64,000 nt of DNA from Escherichia phage nithesis, in the sequence record PV252060.1; one strand, written 5' to 3'. The notes beneath the pieces were generated by a model that searched no databases, was not told where the DNA came from, and was given only the letters and a program-made list of their open reading frames with translations. Positions 1 through 10,410 of this stretch are shown one piece after another. Made by a program: the position numbers and the translations under genes. The stretch's first letter is position 1, and each line of letters starts with the position of its first letter.

Positions 1-690
1 ATGAGTGAACTAACTAAGCAGCAGATTATTAATGCCTTACCTGCTAACTTCAAAAACAGTGTGACCCAGGAGTTGGTAGATACAATTAACAACATTACCC
101 AAGACCAACTGGTTGCTGAGTCCTTCCGTGAAAACTTTATCTCCTACTCTAGCGTAATGAAGGAGGGTAAGTTTAAGACGCAGGACTACATGAATGCAGT
201 TCAGTATGTGACTTACAAACACATGGGCTACTCAAATAAGGAAGCCTACTTCAAGACATTCCCTAATCGGCAAGCTGAACTCGTAGCACGAGGAACCAGT
301 GAGAAAGATATTAGTGCTTATGTATCTGCTTATCACAGAGGTAAGTTAGTTAACCTCATCATGGAACAAAGTTTGGTTCCAGTGTGGATTGTGAACCAGG
401 ACAATTATCAGAAGGCTATCAATGTTCAGGTTGAACTGATGACTACGGCAGCAAGTGAGAAGGTACGTTGTGATGCAGCTAACTCTATCCTTACCCACTT
501 AGCTAAACCAAAAGACCAGGTAACGAATATCAATCTGGACTTGAGAGAGAACTCTGGATTGACTGACCTCAAGGCAACACTTGCTGCATTAGCTGAACAG
601 CAAATTAATGCAATCAACAGTGGTGTACCTACCAAAGAGGTTGCTGGTTCTAAACTAGTACGTGCAGATGAGGACATTACAGATGTCTGA
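1..690 (+). CDS. putative terminase small subunit (possibly truncated at window edge)
   Basis: 229-aa ORF immediately upstream of and overlapping the terminase large subunit; assignment is by position only, no motif recognised; ATG at position 1 may not be the true start. Confidence 0.3.
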   Translation: MSELTKQQIINALPANFKNSVTQELVDTINNITQDQLVAESFRENFISYSSVMKEGKFKTQDYMNAVQYVTYKHMGYSNKEAYFKTFPNRQAELVARGTSEKDISAYVSAYHRGKLVNLIMEQSLVPVWIVNQDNYQKAINVQVELMTTAASEKVRCDAANSILTHLAKPKDQVTNINLDLRENSGLTDLKATLAALAEQQINAINSGVPTKEVAGSKLVRADEDITDV

Positions 691-2272
691 GTTAATTAAA
701 CAGGAACTAGATGAATGGCTAGACCAGGTGGATTATTCCCATCTTAATTCATCTAACTATGTTCCCAGTCAGTTTGCCCTTACCTTTGCCAACTTTATTA
801 AGTTGGTTAATGGCAAAGAAGGTGAGTCCAACAAAACACCCCCAGTTCACTTGAAGATGCTGGATAAGATGATTAGTCCGAACCAGTATGTAGTTAACCT
901 GTGCTTCCGTGGTGCAGGTAAGACTGCTGTGTTCATGGAATACTTTACTTTATTCCTGGCAGTGTTCGGGCATTTACCAAGTCTGGGTAAGGTAGAAGGA
1001 ATGATTTACGTATCTGACTCAATGGATAACGGTGCTAAGTCTGCACGTAAAAACATTGAGTTTCGTTACAAGAATAGTGAGTTCCTTCAGCAATGGATAC
1101 CTGAAGCTACCTTTACGGATAACCTACTGGAGTTCCGTAATGTAGAAGGGCATCGACTTGGTGTTAAGCTGTTTGGTGCTAAGACGGGTCTTCGTGGTAC
1201 GAAGATATATGGTAAGCGTCCAACACTCTGTGTACTGGATGACTTGATTAGTGATGGTGATGCTAACTCCAAGACTAGCATGGAAGCTATTAAGGATACC
1301 GTCTATAAAGGTGTGAACCATGCTCTTGACCCAACCCGTCGTAAAGTAATCTTCAATGGTACTCCCTTTAATAAGGAAGACATTATCATTGAAGCAGTCG
1401 AATCTGGTGCATGGGATGTCAACGTATGGCCTGTATGTGAGAAGTTCCCCTGTAGTAGGGAAGAATTTCAGGGTGCATGGGATGACCGTTTCTCTTACGA
1501 CTACATTAAAGCCCAATATGACATGGCAGTTAAGACCGGTAAGCTGGCAGGCTTCTATCAGGAACTTATGCTCCGTATTAGCTCAGAAGATGAGAGACTG
1601 GTTCAGGATAGTGAAATTAGATGGTATAGCAGACAGCAGCTATTAAGAATGAAGTCCTGCTACAACTATTACATTACAACCGACTTTGCTACTTCGGAGA
1701 AACAGACCAGTGACTACAGTGTCATATCAGTTTGGGCTTATAGTTCTAATGGAGATTGGTTCTGGGTTGATGGTGTGGCTAATCGTCAGCTTATGGATAA
1801 AAACTTTGATGACCTGTTTCGTCTGGTTCAAGAATACCAACCACAAAACGTTGGGGTCGAAATCACAGGGCAGCAAGGTGGATTCATTTCACTCCTTCAG
1901 AAAGAAATGATTAACCGTAATGTCTTCTTTAACTTTGCGTCCTCTGAGGGTGGTAAGCCAGGCATACGTCCTGTAACCTCTAAGCTGTCTCGCTTTAACC
2001 TGGTAGTTCCATGGTTCAAAGCTGGTAAGATGTACTTCCCAGAAGAGTTGAGAGATTCAACTATTATGGGACTGTTCATGGGCCAGATTAAACTAGCTAC
2101 CATTAATGGAATCAAAGGTAAGGATGACTGTATTGATACTATCTCCATGCTGGGTTATCTCAATCCTTGGAAACCACAAGCAGGTATGACTATGGTGGAT
2201 AACAAGGGTGACCCGATGTGGGATGACGAAGAAGAAGATAGTGTTAACCCACTACGTTCATACATTGTGTGA
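662..2272 (+). CDS. terL: terminase large subunit
   Basis: 536 aa; P-loop-like RGAGKTAV near N-terminus, acidic C-terminal nuclease-like region; position at head of structural module as in N4-like phages. Confidence 0.75.
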   Translation: MQMRTLQMSELIKQELDEWLDQVDYSHLNSSNYVPSQFALTFANFIKLVNGKEGESNKTPPVHLKMLDKMISPNQYVVNLCFRGAGKTAVFMEYFTLFLAVFGHLPSLGKVEGMIYVSDSMDNGAKSARKNIEFRYKNSEFLQQWIPEATFTDNLLEFRNVEGHRLGVKLFGAKTGLRGTKIYGKRPTLCVLDDLISDGDANSKTSMEAIKDTVYKGVNHALDPTRRKVIFNGTPFNKEDIIIEAVESGAWDVNVWPVCEKFPCSREEFQGAWDDRFSYDYIKAQYDMAVKTGKLAGFYQELMLRISSEDERLVQDSEIRWYSRQQLLRMKSCYNYYITTDFATSEKQTSDYSVISVWAYSSNGDWFWVDGVANRQLMDKNFDDLFRLVQEYQPQNVGVEITGQQGGFISLLQKEMINRNVFFNFASSEGGKPGIRPVTSKLSRFNLVVPWFKAGKMYFPEELRDSTIMGLFMGQIKLATINGIKGKDDCIDTISMLGYLNPWKPQAGMTMVDNKGDPMWDDEEEDSVNPLRSYIV

Positions 2273-2278
2273 GGAACC

Positions 2279-2989
2279 ATGCAAAAATTATCGGAAGTAT
2301 ATCGTGGCTTGGCATTAAGTACCTTGAAGGGTACTGGTGCAGTCACCGATGACAGATTAGGCATTGAACCAGATAGTAAGCCAGAGATATTGGCTGCTAT
2401 TAATGAAGGGTTAGTTCGACTGCATAGTCGTTTCCCCCTTAGAACTAATAGCTGCATTGTGGAGATGAAGGAAGGTCGTACTGATTATCCCCTCCAATCT
2501 CGGTATGCTTACTCCAGATTTACTAAGCCTACTCTTGAGATTCAATATCCATACATCATGGATGGGTTCATGAAACCTTTCCAGGATGATGTTATTAAAA
2601 TCTTAAATGTGTTTGATAACTCAGGGAATCGCCGTAGACTTAACGACGATTCAGATCCCCATGCAATTTTCACCCCACGGCCTGATACTATTCAGTGTAT
2701 GCGACCTCGACACTTCGAGGCACTTAACGTAACTTATCAAGCTAAGCACCCAATACTTACGGGTGATGAAGAACAGGAAGTTGACTTAGCAGATACACTA
2801 ATGACAGCACTTCATAACTGGGTGGGTTATCGTTACCACACTGGTTTGAATACTCCGGAAGCTAATGCTAAGGCAGCAGAGTATCTGCAAACGTATGAAA
2901 GCATCTGTGGTGAGGTTGTTGATTACGACCTGGCTAATGGAAGTATTTCAATTACCGAAACTAAATTTGAACAACGAGGATGGCGATGA
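2279..2989 (+). CDS. virion structural protein, function unknown
   Basis: 236-aa ORF between terminase and tail fibre genes; 10-nt overlap with the next gene suggests translational coupling. Confidence 0.4.
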   Translation: MQKLSEVYRGLALSTLKGTGAVTDDRLGIEPDSKPEILAAINEGLVRLHSRFPLRTNSCIVEMKEGRTDYPLQSRYAYSRFTKPTLEIQYPYIMDGFMKPFQDDVIKILNVFDNSGNRRRLNDDSDPHAIFTPRPDTIQCMRPRHFEALNVTYQAKHPILTGDEEQEVDLADTLMTALHNWVGYRYHTGLNTPEANAKAAEYLQTYESICGEVVDYDLANGSISITETKFEQRGWR

Positions 2990-5900
2990 ACGCACATACC
3001 CCCTTTGATGCAAAACAGGATTGGACCAATCCATACTGCCAGAACAGTTCCAATGACCCAATGGTAGATGCACTACTTGGTAATGCTTACCATGTGGTTC
3101 GAACTGTGTACTGCAATCTTGGTAACCTCAAACTTCTGTATGATTTCCTGAACCAGTATGGAATGGTACTTGGTGTACAGTCTGAGGCAGAACTTAAGGC
3201 TCTAACCACTGAAGCTAAGTATGCCCGTATCTACGGTTTCTCCCGTGCAGGTGACCGTCAGATAACTGACTACCTTTATGTGGAAGGTGACCGTACCGGT
3301 ATCATTCCAGATGACCCAAAGGCAACTGGTTCATGGATTACCGTTGCTACTTCTGGTTCCAATGATAGTGGTACTTCCTCCGGTGAAGGTGCTTATATTC
3401 CATGGGTATATGCAAACGGTTCTGCTACTGGTGGTGAAACTACAATCAACGTACCAGATGGTACGGTGGGTGTACCTTTTATTATTGTTAATGGCGACAT
3501 GCAGTATGTAGGTCGTGGTTTTGAGTTTAATATTGACAGCCTGTCTGTAACTCTGGCTCAACCTCTGGAAGAGGGTGATGAAGTAGTATTCCTGCTGACT
3601 GGGGTTCCTGCTGTGCCAGATAACCCTAACGTTAGTGATTGGGTTCAGATCAACTGGTTATATAACAATGGTGCTGCTGTAGGTGGCGAGCAGGTTATTG
3701 CTATTCCTTATACCTTCCAGTCTGTTCCTGCTGTGTATAAGAATGGGCTTCGTTTATATAAAGGATTAACCACTGAGTCTTATACTGCTGACCCCGATAA
3801 CCAACGTATACTTCTTACTGAGTCACTGGCAACCGATGACCGGTTGATTGTACAGCTTGGTGGCGAGTCATGGGTATTTGAAGCATCAGACAGTACACTT
3901 CAAGAAGTGGCTCGTGCAGCTAACGTAAAAGACTCTGAAGTAATCCTTAGTACGGACACCACTCAGGTACTTAATGGTAAGAAGGTAATTTATGATGTAG
4001 TTTCCCAACGTATATACTGGTTACCTACCCTACCTACCAATGTTTATATCATCTCTGTCTCAGACGGACAGCTAACATATTCTCCTGGAAATATTACTGT
4101 TACTCTGCTGGATTCCTACCAGCAGCAGAATGCCAGAGAACTATGGCGACGTAACCTTGCTGAGGCCGGTTTAACTCTTGTCGATGGTAGCTTTGAAGAA
4201 GGTGTCACGGCGAACAGTGCAACTGATGCTGTTTGGCATATCGCTGGTGGGCAGTGTTACACGTGGGGTGGCGAATTTCCTAAAACTGTAGTACCTGGCT
4301 CAACTCCAGCAACAACTGGTGGGATTAGTGATGATGCATGGTTAAGTGTTGGTGATGTAAGTTTAAGAAGTGACCTGGCTGATGATGACGGAGTTGATTT
4401 AGTTAACGGAGCAGTCAAGGATAAAGATTTTGAGCTTTACAAAAGGCAATCAATTGCAAAAAATAGATTTAATTTCGCTTTTGGGAATAAATACTCAAGA
4501 AGCTTTAATAATAATTTGCGCTTACAGTTGCAAACTTATGTAGAGAATGTATTTAACTTTGCACCAAAAGCGGTGTCACTTCCGAGTGGGCGGGTGGTAT
4601 GTATCTACACAGTGAAGGATGGTGCTAATATTGACCCAGGACAGGACGGCACACCTATGCACATTGATTACCTAATATCTGATGATAACGGTGTGAACTG
4701 GACCACTGGAACTGTTGTTAACAAAGGACCAGGATATGCCACTTCTGAAACGGTACTATTCCTAAATAATCTTGATGGATATTTGTATTGTTTCTTTACA
4801 TCAATGAAGGGGATTACTGGGTGGGGACATGCACAACAAGGAACTAACCCTGACACAACATCAACTATTGAATATGTCATATCAAAAGATGGTGGCAATA
4901 CATGGAGCACCCCTGTTGATATTACGCCATTGGTTAAACCATCTGGTGCTTACTTCTCATCAATTGCACCTACACAAGTCGGGTACATAAATGGCAAGCC
5001 TGCAATTCCTTATTATTATTTAACTCAACTATCTACAGGAATAGTTGAGGGGTATATCACAGTTGATGATAGCGGTAACTACACCTACGGTGAAGATGTC
5101 AGGAAAGACACCGATGTCGATACGCTAGGAACTTCTGGCGGCGAGATTGGATTTGGCAATTTCTATGATGGAACACCTTTTGCAATTGAGCGTGCTGCCG
5201 ACACAACAATCAAACCGTATAAAATCGCAATACAAAAGCTATTAATGCAAGATTCTAGTGGAAAGTGGGTTGTAAAAGGACAGTTCCCTACCACTAACTG
5301 TATGGCGTCGTTCTTACGCGTTGGCCCTGATTATGGTTTTGATAAGGATTATCTCTTTGTTATCGCACCTGTTGGTCAATCAGGTAATTATGAAGGACGT
5401 GCAAACATTAGAGTATTCGACTGCTCTGACGATTTTAGCAATCCTATTGATCGCGGCATGATAACAGACACAAATGCTTTGGAGGCAGGTTACAGTTCAA
5501 CCGTGCTTCTATCTTCTGGTTCATTTATGAGTATGTGGAACGGTAGACAGTGGACGATTAGCAATTCAATTTACACTATTAACAGGCTTGCGGGCAACGC
5601 AATTATCCCTGTCCCGTTTTGTGGCACTATTAAAATTGTTGACATTAGAAAGACTTTTGCACCCGATTTAAGAACCAACGAGCGAGTGATTGGTCTTGCT
5701 GACGGCAAAGAATATACATGGAACGGTTCATCATTTGTGCTTGGTATTTCGTCACCAACGAAAACGCTAACAACTGAAACAACTACATTAGATGCCAACT
5801 CTTGCGACGTATTTTATCTCGACGCTGGAAGTAATGGGTCAGTGATAACGTCAATCACTGGTGGATATATCGGACAAAGGATATCAATACTTCCGTTATC

Positions 5901-6072
5901 CGGCAGCACTGTTGTGACGCTTTCAAGACAAGCGTCCGGCGTCTCTGTCACCGACAGAATTATGTATAATACAGAAACCGGGAAGACAAAATACAACACA
6001 AACGGGGAGATTGTAGAGTTAATAAAAACGAACTACGGATGGTATTTAAACAAATCAGCAAATGCATCATAA
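2980..6072 (+). CDS. tail fibre/tailspike with BNR/Asp-box (sialidase-like) C-terminal domain
   Basis: 1030 aa; two Asp-box motifs S-x-D-x-G-x-T/N-W (ISDDNGVNWTTG near nt 4675-4710; ISKDGGNTWSTP near nt 4880-4915); Gly/Ser/Thr-rich N-terminal half typical of fibres; hairpin terminator follows. Confidence 0.6.
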   Translation: MAMNAHTPFDAKQDWTNPYCQNSSNDPMVDALLGNAYHVVRTVYCNLGNLKLLYDFLNQYGMVLGVQSEAELKALTTEAKYARIYGFSRAGDRQITDYLYVEGDRTGIIPDDPKATGSWITVATSGSNDSGTSSGEGAYIPWVYANGSATGGETTINVPDGTVGVPFIIVNGDMQYVGRGFEFNIDSLSVTLAQPLEEGDEVVFLLTGVPAVPDNPNVSDWVQINWLYNNGAAVGGEQVIAIPYTFQSVPAVYKNGLRLYKGLTTESYTADPDNQRILLTESLATDDRLIVQLGGESWVFEASDSTLQEVARAANVKDSEVILSTDTTQVLNGKKVIYDVVSQRIYWLPTLPTNVYIISVSDGQLTYSPGNITVTLLDSYQQQNARELWRRNLAEAGLTLVDGSFEEGVTANSATDAVWHIAGGQCYTWGGEFPKTVVPGSTPATTGGISDDAWLSVGDVSLRSDLADDDGVDLVNGAVKDKDFELYKRQSIAKNRFNFAFGNKYSRSFNNNLRLQLQTYVENVFNFAPKAVSLPSGRVVCIYTVKDGANIDPGQDGTPMHIDYLISDDNGVNWTTGTVVNKGPGYATSETVLFLNNLDGYLYCFFTSMKGITGWGHAQQGTNPDTTSTIEYVISKDGGNTWSTPVDITPLVKPSGAYFSSIAPTQVGYINGKPAIPYYYLTQLSTGIVEGYITVDDSGNYTYGEDVRKDTDVDTLGTSGGEIGFGNFYDGTPFAIERAADTTIKPYKIAIQKLLMQDSSGKWVVKGQFPTTNCMASFLRVGPDYGFDKDYLFVIAPVGQSGNYEGRANIRVFDCSDDFSNPIDRGMITDTNALEAGYSSTVLLSSGSFMSMWNGRQWTISNSIYTINRLAGNAIIPVPFCGTIKIVDIRKTFAPDLRTNERVIGLADGKEYTWNGSSFVLGISSPTKTLTTETTTLDANSCDVFYLDAGSNGSVITSITGGYIGQRISILPLSGSTVVTLSRQASGVSVTDRIMYNTETGKTKYNTNGEIVELIKTNYGWYLNKSANAS

Positions 6073-6077
6073 CAACA

Positions 6078-6100
6078 AACCCCGCTTAGGCGGGGTTTTC
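6078..6100 (+). terminator. intrinsic terminator after tailspike 1
   Basis: CCCCGC-TTAG-GCGGGG hairpin followed by TTTTC. Confidence 0.6.
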
Positions 6101-6121
6101 TAGAAAAACAATGAGGTTTAC

Positions 6122-8419
6122 ATGAACGAATTATTCTCTCAAGGTGGTAAAGGCTCTACTGGTATTCTTACCAATAAACAAGCCATTGCCCGTAAGTTTG
6201 GTGTTAAACAGAATGAAGTGGTCTACTTTGCTGTAGGTGTAGACTTAGGTGGTTACAAAGTTATTTACGATAAGACTACCCAGCGTGCTTACTCATTACC
6301 CGCACTCCCAACAGGAACTACTGCTGTAAGCCTCAATGAACATGCAATCCTGATTCATTCAGCAGGTACAGTTGATTTGGGGGAACTGGCTGCTACACGT
6401 AGAGAGTTCGTGGTCCTGTCTGACACGTTTGCTACTGGTTTGGTAGTGAATACACGAAATGAATTATTATTTCATAATGGAGTAGGTTATACCTACTTAG
6501 GTACTCTACCTGTAACAATTACCACAGGAACTAATCCTGTAGGTAACACAGATTGGAAACCACAGACTGACCTTAATTTACGGGAAGAATTAGCGGCTGA
6601 CTTCGGTTATCAGCTAGTTCCGTCTGTGGAAAAGCAACGATGGCTTTACGCCGGGGACGTGCGTGCTTTTGGGGTTGTTGGTGATGGGTCTGATGAGGCA
6701 TCTAGTTTGCAGTTAGCCATTAACTCGGGTAATGTTTTTGTTCCCCCGGGCATGACGGTTTCTCATTCACAAGTCAACATACCAAAAGGTACGATTTTTA
6801 CTTTCGGTCATGGTGCTGGGTTGACATCATTGACTGCTAATGCTCTTAATTTCGTCAGCGAGAGCCAATTCAGCTTGCTTTCCCCTGCAGCTTCTGGAGC
6901 AACGTCCATCACATTAACATCTGAGGTGACAGGAACTGGGTATACCCGGGCTTTGGTAATACGCACTGAGGACACAAGTGACGCTTGGTATATCGCCAAC
7001 GCACAGAATCCGGATGTAATCGGATACCAAGGTGAATCTTTTTTAATATCGTCCATATCAGGTGCTACTGTAAATTTAGCAACGGCTTTACCGTGGGACC
7101 TAACTACCACCAATTCGATTATTTATCTTATAAAAGGCAACGCTACTAAGTTCATCGGGGGAATCTTAAAAAATGCTGCGTCAGGGTCTAGCTACATGTA
7201 CCAATCCGTGGGGGCTTCACTTATAGAGTTCCATGGTACTGCTTTTGATTATAATGGAAACGGCGGTTCAAGGCATGATAACGCGTACGGTGTGGTTTAC
7301 CACAACACTACCCATACCGGGCGTGTCGGAAATGGTAATATATTTTTTGGTTATGGATCTACAGATTGTACTGTCACGGGTACGACCCACATTGGAGGGA
7401 CCGGTGGGGATGCGCAAATAATATCTTACGCTGGCTGCCGTAACATCCGTACATCCCTTAACATCCTAAAACCTACAGCTAACAACGGGGGTATATATTT
7501 TGGTGCAAAAAGCTTCGACTGCAACACCCATGCTGATTATATTAAAGGCGGAAAGTATGGGGTTATGGGGGCATTTGGTGCTCAGCGTATTGTTGTGGAC
7601 TCGCTGGCGGCAGACGACCAAGTATCAGGCGCTATCTTTATGGAGCAATGCCAGAACTTTACCATCACAAACCCGTCTATTAGATTCGTAAGGACTGGCG
7701 CTCAAACAACCGCTGCGATATTAATTAAGGACTGCGATTATGTGACAGTGGATGCAAATGTCCCTGTAAATACAGGGGCGAACGGGTATATAGTCAGTAT
7801 GTATAGCGCTCCTGCATACGCCCTAACAGTTAGAAAAAATATAAACATTACGGTAAAAGGTACTGGCAGTGTATACCTTACTAGCCCTATGACCAATTTC
7901 TCGATTAAAGACTGTTTAACATCCGGCGGTATGACAGTTTACTACGCCAATGGTACGTCTACTTACGGCAAGGTTACGCGTAATAGTTGCCGGTTTTTAG
8001 TAGCTCAAAGTTTCCAATATTGTGACATAGATAGTAACACCATTGTGGGGGATTCTGATTCTGAGGGTATACGCCTTGGTGGTAACTGTAGATGGAACAA
8101 CGTATATAGAAACAAGGTTAGTGGGGTTACTACGGCATTCTTCGTTAACTCAGCACCCGCAAATCTATACACGAATGCGTTTCATGATGATAACGTAATA
8201 GATTACTCAACAGTAACCACCTTCGTATCATCTCAGACTGGAACCACCACACCAGTTACTGGAGTGTTAAACCCCGCTCCAGTGAGGAATTTCTTTCTCC
8301 CGGCAACAGGTTGGCAGGATAGCCCTACGGTAAAAAGAACTGTTAGTGGCTGGAGGCATAAAGGCACTACAACAGGCACAGCGTCTGATTGGTTTACTAT
8401 CCCCTCGTCAGAAGCGTGA
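6122..8419 (+). CDS. second tailspike / tail fibre, probable beta-helix depolymerase-type protein
   Basis: 765 aa; long Gly/Thr/Asn/Ser-rich repetitive sequence consistent with a beta-helix tailspike; located in the tail module; followed by a hairpin. Confidence 0.5.
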   Translation: MNELFSQGGKGSTGILTNKQAIARKFGVKQNEVVYFAVGVDLGGYKVIYDKTTQRAYSLPALPTGTTAVSLNEHAILIHSAGTVDLGELAATRREFVVLSDTFATGLVVNTRNELLFHNGVGYTYLGTLPVTITTGTNPVGNTDWKPQTDLNLREELAADFGYQLVPSVEKQRWLYAGDVRAFGVVGDGSDEASSLQLAINSGNVFVPPGMTVSHSQVNIPKGTIFTFGHGAGLTSLTANALNFVSESQFSLLSPAASGATSITLTSEVTGTGYTRALVIRTEDTSDAWYIANAQNPDVIGYQGESFLISSISGATVNLATALPWDLTTTNSIIYLIKGNATKFIGGILKNAASGSSYMYQSVGASLIEFHGTAFDYNGNGGSRHDNAYGVVYHNTTHTGRVGNGNIFFGYGSTDCTVTGTTHIGGTGGDAQIISYAGCRNIRTSLNILKPTANNGGIYFGAKSFDCNTHADYIKGGKYGVMGAFGAQRIVVDSLAADDQVSGAIFMEQCQNFTITNPSIRFVRTGAQTTAAILIKDCDYVTVDANVPVNTGANGYIVSMYSAPAYALTVRKNINITVKGTGSVYLTSPMTNFSIKDCLTSGGMTVYYANGTSTYGKVTRNSCRFLVAQSFQYCDIDSNTIVGDSDSEGIRLGGNCRWNNVYRNKVSGVTTAFFVNSAPANLYTNAFHDDNVIDYSTVTTFVSSQTGTTTPVTGVLNPAPVRNFFLPATGWQDSPTVKRTVSGWRHKGTTTGTASDWFTIPSSEA

Positions 8420-8436
8420 CTTATAGCTGTAAAACT

Positions 8437-8460
8437 AAGGCCCCAAATGGGGCCTTTTCT
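8437..8460. terminator. bidirectional hairpin terminator between convergent genes
   Basis: AAGGCCCC-AAAT-GGGGCCTT perfect hairpin with T-rich flank, between + gene ending 8419 and - gene ending 8460. Confidence 0.6.
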
Positions 8461-9113
8461 TATATAGAATTTACTGTTTGCATTACCCTAACCGATACTG
8501 CTGTTAAGGTTATTACTTGTCCTGATATATTAAACATACCCAACTGAATACCATCTACCATGAAAGGGTCAGATGAACCAAGTGTGTAAGTAGCTAGTAC
8601 GTTATCCCTATTAGCTATGTCCGTACCCTGTACCTTAACACTAGCATCTGAACCTACTACCGTAGTTCCATTGGTTCGTCTTGTTTGTGTTCTCCATTCT
8701 CTTGCTGTACCAGCACCTCCTGCAATAGTTCCTGAGATACGAACACTGAACATTACCTGGGTATTCCTGGTTCTAGCAGGGAACTTAAGATTACCCCCTT
8801 CAATCGTTAGTGCTGCTGTACCTCCTGGTGATTTAGTTATTCCTGGTAATGAAAAGTAATTGAACCAGGTCTGGTCATTTACTGCTTGGTTACCAGTCCA
8901 TGTATACAAGTCCAGAAGGAAAGTATCTTCTAACTCTGTTGGTGGGATGGGTAGTAGTTCAGGGGGAAGCTCTGAAACGTTATTAGCAGAAACTATTCGT
9001 TCCCCATAGCTTCCCACGACCAACAAACCACCCTTCATTTTGCACACAACATCCTTACCACTTTGGAAAATATCTTTAATAGACATAGTTACCTCGTAGT
9101 TGATACCAGACAC
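8460..9113 (-). CDS. hypothetical protein on opposite strand inside the late module
   Basis: 217-aa ORF in a gap with no + strand ORF; GAGGT Shine-Dalgarno 6 nt upstream of the ATG; Gly/Thr-rich, possibly tail-associated. Confidence 0.45.
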   Translation of the reverse strand: MSGINYEVTMSIKDIFQSGKDVVCKMKGGLLVVGSYGERIVSANNVSELPPELLPIPPTELEDTFLLDLYTWTGNQAVNDQTWFNYFSLPGITKSPGGTAALTIEGGNLKFPARTRNTQVMFSVRISGTIAGGAGTAREWRTQTRRTNGTTVVGSDASVKVQGTDIANRDNVLATYTLGSSDPFMVDGIQLGMFNISGQVITLTAVSVRVMQTVNSI

Positions 9114-9210
9114 TATGTCTGGATGTACTTCATCATACTAAGTATTATCTAAGAGTCATCTTATGATACGACCCTATTGGGGTTCCTAACTTCACAACTA
9201 CGGTAATATT
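9114..9210. promoter_or_regulatory. divergent intergenic region (putative promoters for 8460-9113 and the lysis cassette)
   Basis: 97-nt AT-rich gap between divergently oriented genes; no promoter consensus verified. Confidence 0.25.
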
Positions 9211-9540
9211 ATGAATGAATCGGGTGAACTGCTTCTAGTCAGACTGGAGGAACGATTGAAGACTCTGTTTGAGAACCAGACAAGGGACAGGCAGGACCGT
9301 GAGAAACTGGAGGAAACTCTGGTAGAACTACGGGATTCAATCAATGACATAGGCAATAGACTAAAGAATGTGGAGGATAGCTTAGCTAAGAATGAACCTA
9401 CTATTGAAGAGTTCATCACCATTAAGCATAAAGTTGTTGGTGCTGGAATCTTCGGTAAGTGGGTGTGGGCTGGGGCAGGTGCAATTATTGGTGTATTGGC
9501 TGCTGCAAGACGGGAGATATTCGCATGGTTCGCAGGTTAA
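9211..9540 (+). CDS. putative holin/antiholin-like protein (coiled-coil plus C-terminal transmembrane segment)
   Basis: 109 aa; charged coiled-coil-like N-terminus, hydrophobic Gly/Ala-rich C-terminal segment IFGKWVWAGAGAIIGVLAAA; directly upstream of endolysin. Confidence 0.35.
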   Translation: MNESGELLLVRLEERLKTLFENQTRDRQDREKLEETLVELRDSINDIGNRLKNVEDSLAKNEPTIEEFITIKHKVVGAGIFGKWVWAGAGAIIGVLAAARREIFAWFAG

Positions 9541-9785
9541 AAAGAAAGGTAGAGTTAGTACCTAACTGGAAAAGATGTTGGAAGTGGGCATCCATTCAGA
9601 TTAGTACATTTGGTTTAATTCTGTTCTCTGCTGTAGATATTATCCAACCAATGCTGACTGGGTTACCCCGTCACATCCTGGAAGATATTCCCCATGGTTC
9701 CAATATTGCAATTGCACTGTTTGCCTTAAACATCATAGGCAGATTGATACGATTCCGTCCAAAGGAAGATTCACATGAAAGCTAA
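9525..9785 (+). CDS. putative holin (two predicted transmembrane helices)
   Basis: Start moved to internal ATG at 9525 overlapping the upstream stop; basic N-terminus then two hydrophobic stretches; overlaps endolysin start. Confidence 0.4.
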   Translation: MVRRLKRKVELVPNWKRCWKWASIQISTFGLILFSAVDIIQPMLTGLPRHILEDIPHGSNIAIALFALNIIGRLIRFRPKEDSHES

Positions 9786-10410
9786 ACAAAAACTTGCTGC
9801 GAAAGGTGGTGCAGTGGGAGGAGTTGTCGCTGCTATCCTGGGGGCAGTGTTCTATATGGAAGGGGGATATGTAAACAATCCTCGTGACCCAGGTGGGGAA
9901 ACTAATCATGGTATTACCCATGCAGTAGCTAAGTCTCACAAAGAAATTCTGGCCACTGAATACGGTTGGGATGGTTCTATGAAAGGTTTATCTAAAGAGA
10001 TGGCTGCTGAGATATATATTGATGACTACGTACTTAAGCCTAACTTCGTATCCTTCGCTGATATATCTCCTGCTGTAACACATAAGCTGGTAGATGCTGG
10101 TGTTAACACTGGTGTAACCCGTCCTGCTAAGTGGTTGCAGTTATCTCTTAATGAAATGTCCCGTAATGGCAAAGACTACCCTAAAATACAGGTTGATGGT
10201 AAAGTCGGTACAAGTACTGTTAATGCATATAAAGCATTACAGAAAAAACGAGGCAAAGTTGCAGCATGTCAGGTAATGATTAAGTTACTTGATGCCAAAC
10301 AACTGAACCACTACACCTCATTAAACATGCCAGACTTTACGTATGGTTGGGTAGCTAACCGAATAGGCAATGTGCCACTGGAGGCATGTAATGAAGATGC
10401 TAATCTCTAA
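9775..10410 (+). CDS. endolysin, GH108-type N-acetylmuramidase with peptidoglycan-binding domain; possible SAR N-terminus
   Basis: EGGYVNNPRDPGGETNHGIT matches the GH108 catalytic motif; N-terminal weakly hydrophobic Gly/Ala-rich stretch GGAVGGVVAAILGAVFY resembles a signal-arrest-release segment. Confidence 0.75.
   Translation: MKAKQKLAAKGGAVGGVVAAILGAVFYMEGGYVNNPRDPGGETNHGITHAVAKSHKEILATEYGWDGSMKGLSKEMAAEIYIDDYVLKPNFVSFADISPAVTHKLVDAGVNTGVTRPAKWLQLSLNEMSRNGKDYPKIQVDGKVGTSTVNAYKALQKKRGKVAACQVMIKLLDAKQLNHYTSLNMPDFTYGWVANRIGNVPLEACNEDANL

Noticed and set aside
3278-3561. Short ORFs on both strands inside the tail fibre gene
   Set aside because: Fully nested within a long, well-supported + strand ORF; low-complexity translations.
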